DNA of 64,000 nt from contig CAZUBI010000001.1 of the NCBI GenBank assembly GCA_964618625.1, positions 65,940 to 129,939 on the forward strand. Direction: 5' to 3'. A model generated the notes under the pieces. It saw only the letters and a program-made list of their open reading frames with translations. It searched no databases and had not been told where the DNA came from. This stretch comes from an uncultured Candidatus Saccharibacteria bacterium. GTDB lineage: Bacteria; Patescibacteriota; Minisyncoccia; UBA6257. A program made the translations under genes and the position numbers. Below, one piece after another: positions 47,375 through 56,028 of this stretch. How positions within the stretch are numbered: position 1 is the stretch's first letter; each line of letters opens with the position of its first letter.

Positions 47375-49760
47375 TTTTGCTAATATCTAAAATTGTCTTT
47401 ATTACTGTATCTGGATTTAGAGACATGCTTTCTATCCCCTGTTTTGCCAAAAATTGTGCGAATTCTGGAAAATCCGATGGAGCTTGACCACAGATTCCCA
47501 CATATTTTTTCCTCTTCTTACAAACTTTGATTACTTCTGCAATCATTTTTTTAACAGCTTCATTTCTTTCATCTCCTATTTTTTGTATAACAGCATTATC
47601 TCTGTCTATTCCTAATGTTAATTGAGTTAAATCATTGCTTCCTATACTCATCCCATCAAAAATATCTAAAAATTCATTTATTAATACTACATTTGATGGA
47701 ATTTCACACATTACATATAGCTTTGTTGATTTTCCTCCATCTAGTAAGCCTGATTTTTGAATCAATGCTTTTACTTCCTTCGCTTCTTTTATAGTACGAC
47801 AAAAAGGAACCATTATTGTAATATTTTTTAATCCAAAAACTTGCTTTGCTCTTTTTATTGCCTCACATTCCATTAAAAAAGCCGGCTTAAATTGTGGGTC
47901 AATATAACGGCATGCGCCTCTAAATCCAAGCATTGGATTGGCTTCATCTTCTTGTTCAAAAAGCTCTCCTCCAATCAGATTGCGATATTCATTAGTCTTA
48001 AAATCAGAAAATCTTACTATTACTTCTTTCGGATAAAAAGCAGCAGCTATCTGGGCAATCCCCTCTGCTAACTCTTTTATAAAATATTCTTTCTTATCCT
48101 TATGCTCCACAGTCATTTCGTCAATTTTTCTAACAAGCTCTTTTGACTTAAGTTTCTTGTAATGATAAAGAGCTAAAGGATGAATTCTAATCTTCTCTGC
48201 AATAATAAATTCTTCTCTGGCTAATCCTACTCCATTATTGGGAAGAAATGATGTTGAAAAAGCAATTTCAGGAGCGCCAATATTAATCATGATCTTGGTT
48301 TTAATCTTGGGAAATTTTTTAAAATTATATTCTTTAATTTTAAAAGGAACTTTTCCATCAAAAATCTTCCCATCAAGACCTTGAGTGCAATCTACAGTTA
48401 CATCTTGTCCGTTTTTAAGAATTTTCGTAGCATTTATTGTCCCTACAATACACGGCACGCCTAATTCTCTGGAAATAATTGCGGCGTGACATGTTTTACT
48501 TCCTTCATTAGTAATAATAGCTGAAGCCATTGGAAAAACTGAAGTCCAATCAGGATCAGTCATTTTAGTAACTAAAACCTCTCCTTTTTTAAATTCAGAA
48601 AGTTTTGAAGCATTTTTTATAATATGCACTTTTCCTATACCAATTTTATTGCCAATAGCTATGCCATTTAAAATGGGCTTTTTTGTGGTTTTTATTTTAT
48701 ATTTCTGATAAATATTTGCTTTGATTGAATGGACAGTTTCTGGTCTTGATTGGACAATAAATAATTCGCCTGTTTTTCCATCCTTTGCCCATTCTATGTC
48801 CTGAGGCATCCATTTTTTTTGAATCTTTGAATAGTGTTCTTCAATAATAATCCCCCATTTTGCCAAAGTAAGAATTTCGTCATCAGAAAGAGAAAATTTT
48901 AATTGGTCTTTTTCAGAAACCGCAATTTCCTTAAGCCCGGTCTTTTTGTTGTAAATATATTTTTTTGTCTTTCTTCCTAAATCTTTTCTAATAATTGGCC
49001 TATATAGCCTGCCCTGAGTTTGTCGAAGGGTAGGTTTAAAAACATAAAATTCGTCAGGAGTAATCAACCCTTTTACTATCATCTCCCCTATTCCAAAAAT
49101 GGAATTAATCAAAACCACATTGGAAAATCCCGTCTCTGTATCTAAGGTAAACATAACTCCAGAAGACGCTAAATCAGAACGCACCATTTTTTGAACTCCA
49201 GTGGAAAGCCCAATATCCATATGCTTAAATCCTTTTTCTTCCCGGTACATTATTGCCCTATCAGTAAACAAAGATGCGTAACTATTTTTAACCGCTTTTA
49301 GTAATTCTTCTTCTCCCCTTACATTCAAATAAGTTTCATGTTGACCTGCAAAACTAGCTGAAGGAAGATCCTCGGCTGTGGCAGAAGAACGAACTGCCAC
49401 ATCTAAATCATTTTGTTTATATATCCTGCAAAGCTTTTGATAATTCTTAATAATGTCTTTCTCCAAATCTTTAGGTAAAGGCGTCCCTAAAATTAATTTT
49501 CTTATTTTCTTTCCTGTTTTTTGAAGGTTTTTAATGCTCTTCGGATTAAACTCAGATAAAATTCCTTGAATAGTTTTTTTAATTTTGCCTTTTTCTAAAA
49601 AATAAAAATATGCTTGAGCAGAAATAGCAAAACCATTTGGGATATTTATTCCTTTTTTTGATAAATTCCTATACATCTCCCCCAAAGAGGCATTCTTTCC
49701 CCCTACAATAGGAACATCTTTGATATTTATTTCCTTAAACCACAAAACATATCTCTTCAT
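47364..49760 (-). CDS. ppsA: phosphoenolpyruvate synthase (PEP-utilising enzyme family)
   Basis: N-terminal ATP-grasp (GGKNASLGEM) and phosphohistidine domain GSKTCHAAIISRELGVPCIVGT; 798 aa. Confidence 0.8.
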   Translation of the reverse strand: MKRYVLWFKEINIKDVPIVGGKNASLGEMYRNLSKKGINIPNGFAISAQAYFYFLEKGKIKKTIQGILSEFNPKSIKNLQKTGKKIRKLILGTPLPKDLEKDIIKNYQKLCRIYKQNDLDVAVRSSATAEDLPSASFAGQHETYLNVRGEEELLKAVKNSYASLFTDRAIMYREEKGFKHMDIGLSTGVQKMVRSDLASSGVMFTLDTETGFSNVVLINSIFGIGEMIVKGLITPDEFYVFKPTLRQTQGRLYRPIIRKDLGRKTKKYIYNKKTGLKEIAVSEKDQLKFSLSDDEILTLAKWGIIIEEHYSKIQKKWMPQDIEWAKDGKTGELFIVQSRPETVHSIKANIYQKYKIKTTKKPILNGIAIGNKIGIGKVHIIKNASKLSEFKKGEVLVTKMTDPDWTSVFPMASAIITNEGSKTCHAAIISRELGVPCIVGTINATKILKNGQDVTVDCTQGLDGKIFDGKVPFKIKEYNFKKFPKIKTKIMINIGAPEIAFSTSFLPNNGVGLAREEFIIAEKIRIHPLALYHYKKLKSKELVRKIDEMTVEHKDKKEYFIKELAEGIAQIAAAFYPKEVIVRFSDFKTNEYRNLIGGELFEQEDEANPMLGFRGACRYIDPQFKPAFLMECEAIKRAKQVFGLKNITIMVPFCRTIKEAKEVKALIQKSGLLDGGKSTKLYVMCEIPSNVVLINEFLDIFDGMSIGSNDLTQLTLGIDRDNAVIQKIGDERNEAVKKMIAEVIKVCKKRKKYVGICGQAPSDFPEFAQFLAKQGIESMSLNPDTVIKTILDISKNEN

Positions 49761-49780
49761 ATTAATATAATTTCAGATTT

Positions 49781-50008
49781 TTAATTGTTATTTATTTTAT
49801 AATCTTCAATAAATTTCTTTATTGAACGATCATAGCTCTTTTCTGCTTCTTTAGAAAAACAACAAGCAGGCAATTCGTCATTTGCTAAATGATATTTTAT
49901 GCACTCACAACAAATCCCCTTTCTGGGACAACCTGGATAAGTACAAGAACATATTTTTAAATTTTTTTCTTTCTGACATTCCATAATTGTTATAATAAAG
50001 TTATCCAC
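49781..50008 (-). CDS. small Cys-rich protein (75 aa, 9 Cys; putative metal-binding)
   Basis: MECQKEKNLKICSCTYPGCPRKGICCEC...ACC. Confidence 0.4.
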   Translation of the reverse strand: MDNFIITIMECQKEKNLKICSCTYPGCPRKGICCECIKYHLANDELPACCFSKEAEKSYDRSIKKFIEDYKINNN

Positions 50009-50024
50009 ATGGGGCTTGACAAGA

Positions 50025-50121
50025 TTAAAATGTTTGCTATACTACCAATGCTACTGTCTAGAGAGATTGAATAGCTTGCTATTTAGTTTCAAAGGGCAGT
50101 AGCATTCTTTTTACTACTCTT
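50025..50121 (+). ncRNA. candidate plus-strand small RNA: TTGACA-16-TATACT promoter followed by a 9-bp stem (ATGCTACTG/CAGTAGCAT, nested ATAGC/GCTAT) and TCTTTTT
   Basis: Promoter 50025-50052, hairpin 50057-50114, U-run 50115-50121; no plus-strand CDS nearby. Overlaps the 3' end of minus-strand gene 50114..50962. Confidence 0.3.
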
Positions 50122-50962
50122 CCAATAATAATATCTCTGCCTCTCTTTTGATGGCAGAGATCTTTTTTTCGGGAATTCTTGTTTTTTTTGAAAATTTTAC
50201 TACATCTATCTTTAATAAATTCTGAACTAACATTAATTTTTGCTGATAAAATATTTCTAACAAATTATTGGTTAAAGATGGAAGAATAGTAATTGGATAA
50301 AATTTTTCTGATTCAATCACATACTCTAACCCTCTTAGCTCTGGATATTTCCATCCTAATAAATCTATGCCAGCACACTCAGCATATTTAATTATTTTGC
50401 TTGTAAATTTAGTATTAGTGACAATAATCGGTCGTATTTTTAGTTTTTCTGATTTAATTTTTGCAAAAAAATTACCTGATTTCAAATCTAAAAAGCGGGC
50501 ACAATGAATTAAACCAACTTTTAAATCCACCCTTCCCCCTGGCAAACTATGATATTTACATTCTCCAATTAAAAAATATCTTTCCTCTTTGGCTAAAAAA
50601 TCAATTTCGTGACGAACACATTGTCCTTTAACATATTGATTAAGTTCAATAGAAAAACCTAATTGTTTTAAAATCCCTCCAACATATTTTTCAAATGGAA
50701 AACCACTGGGACCTAAGCGTCTCATCGCTTCTTTTAACCTAAAACGAATTCTACCGCGAGGATACTCTTTTGATAAGATTTGTTCAACTCGTTGAAAAAT
50801 TTCTTTTGTGGTTATTCCAGGATATGCTTCCCTTTCAATAATAGTGGCAATTTCTTTTGCTAATGCCCTTGGAGCACCAACTCGTTCAGCGCCATTACAA
50901 ATCTTTTTCCATGAAAAAGTCTCCTTCCTGCCTAAACTGTTGATAACATATAATTTTTTCAT
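50114..50962 (-). CDS. ATP-cone domain fused to a PD-(D/E)xK (Mrr-like) restriction-endonuclease-like domain
   Basis: N-terminal ATP-cone-like region (KKICNGAER...) and HEIDFLAKEERYFLIGECKYH nuclease core. Confidence 0.5.
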   Translation of the reverse strand: MKKLYVINSLGRKETFSWKKICNGAERVGAPRALAKEIATIIEREAYPGITTKEIFQRVEQILSKEYPRGRIRFRLKEAMRRLGPSGFPFEKYVGGILKQLGFSIELNQYVKGQCVRHEIDFLAKEERYFLIGECKYHSLPGGRVDLKVGLIHCARFLDLKSGNFFAKIKSEKLKIRPIIVTNTKFTSKIIKYAECAGIDLLGWKYPELRGLEYVIESEKFYPITILPSLTNNLLEIFYQQKLMLVQNLLKIDVVKFSKKTRIPEKKISAIKREAEILLLEE

Positions 50963-50966
50963 ATTT

Positions 50967-51677
50967 TTATCTTACTTTACTACCAGGTGATACTTCTCCT
51001 TCTGGGACTAATAAAACAGGCCCTTGCGAAGAATCAACTGCTAAAAGCATACCCTGACTTACATAACCCTTTATTTTTTTAGGCTCTAAATTAGCCACAA
51101 TAATAATCTTTTTGCCTTCTAATTCTTCTAAAGAATAGTCCTTAGCAATACCGGCAACTAATTGTCTTTTTTCTGTACCCAAATCAATGTGCAAAATAAG
51201 AAGCTCGTCTGCTTCTTCTATTTTTTCTGCTTTTAAAATTTTAGCTACACGTAAATCCAATTGTTCAAATTGATCAAAAGTAATCATATTTTTTTGAGAA
51301 AATGGTTTCTTGTTTTGAACTCGTTTTTGAATTTCCTCTTCATTCATACCAAAGTGATGAGCTATTTCATGCCAAACCGTTTCTTGCACAATTTCTTTAA
51401 TTCTTTCTTCATTATTATTCGTTGCTTTTTCAATGTTTTTTTGAAATAAAGTTATTTTGTCTGGCGCTGCCCTATAATAGTACCCTCTTTTAATTTGAGG
51501 AACTCCCTCGTACAAACCCAAAATAGAACCGCCAGAAGAATAGCCTAATTGTTGTCTCTGAAATTCACTTGGTTCATTTTGCGCTACAATAGCAATATTT
51601 TTTAATTTATTTAGAAACCGATAAGAGAGTTTTTTAAGGGCCTGGCTTATTAAATCTTCAAATCTTTCTTTCTCCAT
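50967..51677 (-). CDS. fusion of a putative Zn-metallopeptidase-like domain (HEIAHH) with a C-terminal tRNA-binding (CsaA/Myf/EMAP-type) domain
   Basis: VWHEIAHHFGM HExxH motif; C-terminus LDLRVAKILKAEKIEEADELLILHIDLG...GMLLAV typical of the OB-fold tRNA-binding domain. Confidence 0.5.
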   Translation of the reverse strand: MEKERFEDLISQALKKLSYRFLNKLKNIAIVAQNEPSEFQRQQLGYSSGGSILGLYEGVPQIKRGYYYRAAPDKITLFQKNIEKATNNNEERIKEIVQETVWHEIAHHFGMNEEEIQKRVQNKKPFSQKNMITFDQFEQLDLRVAKILKAEKIEEADELLILHIDLGTEKRQLVAGIAKDYSLEELEGKKIIIVANLEPKKIKGYVSQGMLLAVDSSQGPVLLVPEGEVSPGSKVR

Positions 51678-51679
51678 AT

Positions 51680-52078
51680 TTATGTTTCAAGATGTTTAAT
51701 AATTTCCTCAAAAATATCCGGTGGGATTGGAATTGGATCCCCTGGTTTAGTTATTCCCGGATATTTCCACGCACTAATAACTTTTATTCTACGGCCTCGC
51801 TCACTAACAAGTTGATACATTACCCAAATCTCATAAGGATGCTTTTTAGAGCCAGCCTTTTGCATTGAAGCTAAAGTTTTTGGAGCAATACCTTCTTCCA
51901 CTCTTTTGGGATTTCTTATCACCCGCTTTACCCTGCTTTCAGAAAGCATATATTGGCGCATCTTTGCTTGAGAATGTTTGGTCCAAACAAATAAACTTTC
52001 TTTATTTCGAGCGGAGCGAGAAACAAAGTTCTCGCCGAAGGCGGGGTTTTTATTCTCTTTGTACTTAATAAAATTCAT
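51680..52078 (-). CDS. hypothetical protein (possibly DUF4258-like)
   Basis: HSQAKMRQYMLSESRVKRVIRNP resembles the DUF4258 core. Weak call. Confidence 0.25.
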   Translation of the reverse strand: MNFIKYKENKNPAFGENFVSRSARNKESLFVWTKHSQAKMRQYMLSESRVKRVIRNPKRVEEGIAPKTLASMQKAGSKKHPYEIWVMYQLVSERGRRIKVISAWKYPGITKPGDPIPIPPDIFEEIIKHLET

Positions 52079-52335
52079 TTTATTTCAAAATCAATTAGCC
52101 CCTCGTCTTTTTCTATACTTTCTTCTATATTTTCAATATTATCCTGAAAATAATCTTTTAAGCAATTTATTAAACTTTCTATATTTTCTTCTAGTCCCTC
52201 TACTACTAAAGTAACACTTCCATCATCATTATTCTCTACCCAACCAGTTAAATTATGCTTTTTAGCTAACATCGCAACTCTAAAACGAAACCCTACACCT
52301 TGAATTTGACCATAGAAAATGATTTTTTTACGCAT
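52075..52335 (-). CDS. acyP: acylphosphatase; start at the internal Met (MRKKIIFYGQIQGVGFRF), since the longer ORF would run through repeat copy i
   Basis: V.G.VQGVGFR acylphosphatase signature. Confidence 0.7.
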   Translation of the reverse strand: MRKKIIFYGQIQGVGFRFRVAMLAKKHNLTGWVENNDDGSVTLVVEGLEENIESLINCLKDYFQDNIENIEESIEKDEGLIDFEIK

Positions 52336-52350
52336 AATACTGTCATAAGA

Positions 52351-52411
52351 CGAATGGATGTTATTGAAGAAACTGTAGCGATTAGCATGTTTATGAAATA
52401 ACATCTACTCG
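52351..52411 (+). repeat. family-A palindromic intergenic element, copy i (most diverged core, TGTAGCGATTAGCATG)
   Basis: cgaatggatgttattGAAGAAACTGTAGCGATTAGCATGTTTATGAAATaacatctactcg. Confidence 0.7.
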
Positions 52412-52417
52412 TCATAA

Positions 52418-53431
52418 TTATCCGTGTTTAAATATTATAACATCTCCATCCTGTACTTCATACTCTTTTCCTTCTAATTGAATCCACCCTTTTTGACGGG
52501 CAGTACTCCATTTACCTGCCTCTAATAATTTTTGCCAATCAATAACTTCAGCTTTAATAAATTTATCGGCAAAATCACTGTGAATCATTCCTGCCGCTTC
52601 CTGAGCTTTAATACCTTTTTTTGCAGGCCAAGCGCGCGCCTCCTTTTCGCCTACTACAGTGAAAAAACTAATAAGCCCTAAAGTCTGATAGGCTTTTTTA
52701 ATAAGATCTAATAAATCTGGATTTGTTTCTAAATCAGCAATAATATATTCACTTTTTAATTGTTCAACAAGATTAATAACTTCTTTTGGCAAATCCTCAT
52801 CTCTGCCATTAAATAAATAGATTTGCTTTTTTGCTGTTAAAAAATCTAAATTTTTTACTGCTGAATTCTTTAATAATTCCTCGCTTAAAAAATTTACTAA
52901 AAGACTGCCCCGATTAAATAAATCCTTTATCTGATTTAATATTTCTAATTCTTTAACAATATCCTTATTCCCAGCACGAACTTCTCCTTCAGCTTTATTT
53001 ATTCTTTTTTCTACAGTTTCTAAATCTTTTAAAACCAGTTCGGTATTAACTACCTCAATATCTCTTAGAGGATCTATACTTCCTTCTATATGGACTACGG
53101 TTTCTTTTGAAAAACAACGGACCACTTGTACTATAGCATTCGTTTCGCGAATCTGAGCTAAAAATTGATTTCCTAACCCCTCTCCTTTATTAGCTCCTTT
53201 TACTAATCCTGCAATATCAAAAAATTCAATTGCAGCAGGAATTACTTTTTCTGGCCTACTTATTTGAGCTATTTTTTCCAATCTTTCATCAGCCACTGAA
53301 ACAACAGCCACATTGGGATCAATAGTGGTAAATGGATAATTAGCAATATTAACTTCTTGCTTTGTTAAAAGTTTAAAAAGGGTAGATTTTCCAACATTAG
53401 GCAAGCCAACAATTCCAATTGATAAATTCAT
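52418..53431 (-). CDS. ychF: ribosome-binding ATPase YchF (Obg-family)
   Basis: GIVGLPNVGKSTLF G1 motif and C-terminal TGS domain. Confidence 0.85.
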   Translation of the reverse strand: MNLSIGIVGLPNVGKSTLFKLLTKQEVNIANYPFTTIDPNVAVVSVADERLEKIAQISRPEKVIPAAIEFFDIAGLVKGANKGEGLGNQFLAQIRETNAIVQVVRCFSKETVVHIEGSIDPLRDIEVVNTELVLKDLETVEKRINKAEGEVRAGNKDIVKELEILNQIKDLFNRGSLLVNFLSEELLKNSAVKNLDFLTAKKQIYLFNGRDEDLPKEVINLVEQLKSEYIIADLETNPDLLDLIKKAYQTLGLISFFTVVGEKEARAWPAKKGIKAQEAAGMIHSDFADKFIKAEVIDWQKLLEAGKWSTARQKGWIQLEGKEYEVQDGDVIIFKHG

Positions 53432-53503
53432 AATATCTTTATCTTATAATAAAACAGGGCTGATAACAATATCAGCCCTGTTTTTAATCAAATTTAATCT
53501 CTT

Positions 53504-54835
53504 TTATTTGAAAAGCTTTTGACCTATAAAAAGAGATACCAGAGAGATAAATAAGGAGACGGTAATAGTTTCTGGCCTTATAAATCCTAACGATACCATT
53601 AAAAAGGTATAGGATAATCCTGATAAAATACTTAATAATATTGCCTTCCTTTTTAATTTAATATACAAAGAGCCAATTATTGTTGGAGCCAAAACAAAAG
53701 TCATACTAGCTAATGATAAAGCTGCATTTATTATATTTGAATAAAATAAAGCTATAACTAAAGCTAGTGTAATAAATATGAATATTCCTAAACGAGTTAA
53801 AGTAACAAGATCTTTTTTACTAGTTTCTTCAGTTTTTAATCTTGATACAAAATCTTTAGAAAAATTAGTAGCAAGAACAAATGTTATTGTATCTATGGTA
53901 GACATAATTGCTGCAAATAAAACAACAAGCGCTAAGCCAGACAGTCCAACAGGTAATAAATATGAGATACCATAAATAAGCGCTTCTTCAGATAAAATAT
54001 TTGGAAAATTTGCTTTAGCCGCAAAACCAATCATAGATACTCCAATGCCAATAACTGGAAGAGTAATAGCTGAAATAATCAAAGATTTTTTAATTGTCTT
54101 GAAATTTTCCCCTGCGTAAATACGTTGCCACATATCCGCACCAATCGTCACAGTAATCAGTCCATATAGAAAAAATGATATGGACATAAGTCCACTTCTA
54201 AAAGGATTAAACTCTGAAATGGTAATGCCTTTTCCAGTGGATAAAAAAATAGCAATTATTAAAAGCGGTATCAAAATAATAAAATATTGAAAGATATCTG
54301 TTTTAACAACTGCTTTGAAACCTGCTGCAAGTAAATAAAGAAAAACAACTGCGGTTACGATAAAAACAGATAATACATAGCTCAAACCAATTATTTTACT
54401 TAGCAGAATGCTGCCAGCGATTACCTGAACAAGTAAGAGAATAAAAAAGGTTAATGTAATAGTAAAAGCTATTAACAAACCAACGTTTTTACCATATTTT
54501 TCGTAAAAAAAATCACTAAGGGTGTAGAATCTTTTTTCATCGGCTAATGATTTTACTTTTTTTGTTACAAAAATAAGGCATAAACAACCACAGGAAAGTC
54601 CTATAAAACCCCAAAAAGCAGAAATCCCATATAGAAAAATAGCTGTTGTAAAAACAACAATAGCGTTTCCTCCAATAAGCGAAGCCACTATCGTAGATAC
54701 CAAAGGAAATGAAGAAAGCTTTCTATTGGAGATAAGAAAACCTTCTGTAGTTTGTTTTCTTGCTGCAAATAAACCTATAAGAATAATTATTACGAAATAG
54801 GATATAATCAAAAATGTGTCGATTGTATAAGACAT
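53504..54835 (-). CDS. sodium:solute symporter family (SSF) transporter
   Basis: 13-TM profile with an SSF-like N-terminal region. Confidence 0.65.
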   Translation of the reverse strand: MSYTIDTFLIISYFVIIILIGLFAARKQTTEGFLISNRKLSSFPLVSTIVASLIGGNAIVVFTTAIFLYGISAFWGFIGLSCGCLCLIFVTKKVKSLADEKRFYTLSDFFYEKYGKNVGLLIAFTITLTFFILLLVQVIAGSILLSKIIGLSYVLSVFIVTAVVFLYLLAAGFKAVVKTDIFQYFIILIPLLIIAIFLSTGKGITISEFNPFRSGLMSISFFLYGLITVTIGADMWQRIYAGENFKTIKKSLIISAITLPVIGIGVSMIGFAAKANFPNILSEEALIYGISYLLPVGLSGLALVVLFAAIMSTIDTITFVLATNFSKDFVSRLKTEETSKKDLVTLTRLGIFIFITLALVIALFYSNIINAALSLASMTFVLAPTIIGSLYIKLKRKAILLSILSGLSYTFLMVSLGFIRPETITVSLFISLVSLFIGQKLFK

Positions 54836-55015
54836 AATTAATAAAATAAATTGGTTCCAAAAAATTTTTATATCCCTTCTATTTTATCAAAAAATCGCCT
54901 CCTTGGCAATTGAAAAATATAAAAAAATGCTGTCGCTTTTCAAGATAAATAGCAAGCTATAAATCTATCTAAACGACAGCATTCTTAGTATAGCAAAGAA
55001 AAATGATTTGTCAAT

Positions 55016-55086
55016 CCCCATACCAAATGAGCACATACTTCGTATCTTAGTGCCAAAGGCACTTAGTGCTCGTTATGGTGTGGGGG
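55016..55086 (+). ncRNA. candidate structured small RNA, copy 2 (homolog of 3321..3387)
   Basis: CCCCAUACC...GGUGUGGGG outer stem with a U.G wobble where copy 1 has C-G; GAGCAC/GUGCUC; AGUGCC-AAA-GGCACU (extra G-C pair relative to copy 1). Confidence 0.5.
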
Positions 55087-55121
55087 TCAAGTCCAATTGT
55101 GAATAACTTTATGTGTAAATA

Positions 55122-55160
55122 AAAAGACCTGCTACATCAAATACAACAGGCCTTTTTAAA
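55122..55160 (-). terminator. intrinsic terminator after the small secreted-protein gene (usable on both strands)
   Basis: Minus strand: GGCCTG-loop-CAGGTC followed by TTTTTATTT; plus strand: flanked by A-run/T-run. Confidence 0.5.
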
Positions 55161-55166
55161 AATTAT

Positions 55167-55370
55167 CTATTCAACATCAGGAACCACTGCTTCATCTTCT
55201 AAAACTTCAGCTTCAATTACTTCATCTTCTAAAGGCAAAGTTTCATCTACAACTGCTTCAGTAGTAGTCGTTGTTTCAGGAACATCAGTTGGCGCTCCTG
55301 TACTACGAACTATCATAATAATAACCACTACTAATACTGCAAGTGCTATGATTAACCAGGTTTTATTCAT
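55167..55370 (-). CDS. small secreted/anchored acidic protein (67 aa)
   Basis: N-terminal signal/TM helix, then a Thr/Glu/Asp/Val-rich tail. Confidence 0.4.
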   Translation of the reverse strand: MNKTWLIIALAVLVVVIIMIVRSTGAPTDVPETTTTTEAVVDETLPLEDEVIEAEVLEDEAVVPDVE

Positions 55371-55488
55371 ATTTTTAAAATTCCAATTATAATTATTTTA
55401 AAGTTTTTATCGACCTTTTTATTTGATTTTCTTCTACATTAAAAGTATAACAACCTTTAGCTATTAGTCAAGAACCTGAAATTACCAG

Positions 55489-55562
55489 TGCGCGTGTCTG
55501 GATTCGAACCAGAGACCTTACGAATGTGAATCGTACGCTCTAACCAACTGAGCTACACGCGC
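55489..55562 (-). tRNA. tRNA-Val (anticodon CAC)
   Basis: Hand-folded cloverleaf: acceptor GCGCGTG/CACGCGC, D-arm GCTC/GAGC, anticodon loop TTCACAT, T-arm TCTGG-TTCGAAT-CCAGA; no encoded CCA. Confidence 0.8.
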
Positions 55563-55578
55563 ACTTTTCATTTAATTC

Positions 55579-55998
55579 TTATTTTATCTCTACTGTAGCA
55601 CCAGCTTCTTCTAATCTTTTCTTAATTTCTTCTGCTTCAGACACAGAAATATTCTCTTTTAACGCTTTTGGAGCAGCATCAACTAAATCTTTTGCTTCTT
55701 TCAGTCCCAAACCCATAATTTCCTTTATATCTTTTATTATCTGCACTTTTGCTTGACCAGCGTCTTTAAGAATTACAGAAACTGATTCTTTCTTTTCTCC
55801 AGCTACCTCTTCTTCACCGGCGCTAGTTGCGCCAGCTGAAGCTACTACTTGAGGAACAGCAGAAACACCAAATTTATCTTCCAAAGCATTAACTAAATCA
55901 ACTAACTCTATAACATTTAATTCCTCTACCTTTTTAATTATCTCCTGTAATTTTTCAGAAACTTTTTCTTCTTTCTTTTTCTCTTTTTTTTCTACCAT
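55579..55998 (-). CDS. rplL: 50S ribosomal protein L7/L12 with a Lys/Glu-rich N-terminal extension
   Basis: C-terminal L12 domain ([64 protein letters not shown]). Confidence 0.85.
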   Translation of the reverse strand: MVEKKEKKKEEKVSEKLQEIIKKVEELNVIELVDLVNALEDKFGVSAVPQVVASAGATSAGEEEVAGEKKESVSVILKDAGQAKVQIIKDIKEIMGLGLKEAKDLVDAAPKALKENISVSEAEEIKKRLEEAGATVEIK

Positions 55999-56028
55999 GA
56001 TAATTATATTACTAAATTATTAAATAAA

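Noticed and set aside
50135-50175. Hairpin ATCTCTGCC...GGCAGAGAT plus T-run, looking like a plus-strand terminator
   Set aside because: It lies entirely within the C-terminal coding region of minus-strand gene 50114..50962. It is noted only as possibly contributing to the candidate sRNA 3' end.
52336-52404. Longer acyP ORF starting at 52404
   Set aside because: The extension would translate straight through family-A repeat copy i, and the acylphosphatase signature begins at the internal Met, so the shorter start at 52335 was preferred.
3213-52411. Family-A repeats considered as a CRISPR array
   Set aside because: Copies are kilobases apart, single, intergenic between unrelated genes, and the intervening sequences are genes rather than spacers. 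There is no repeat-spacer periodicity and no cas genes.
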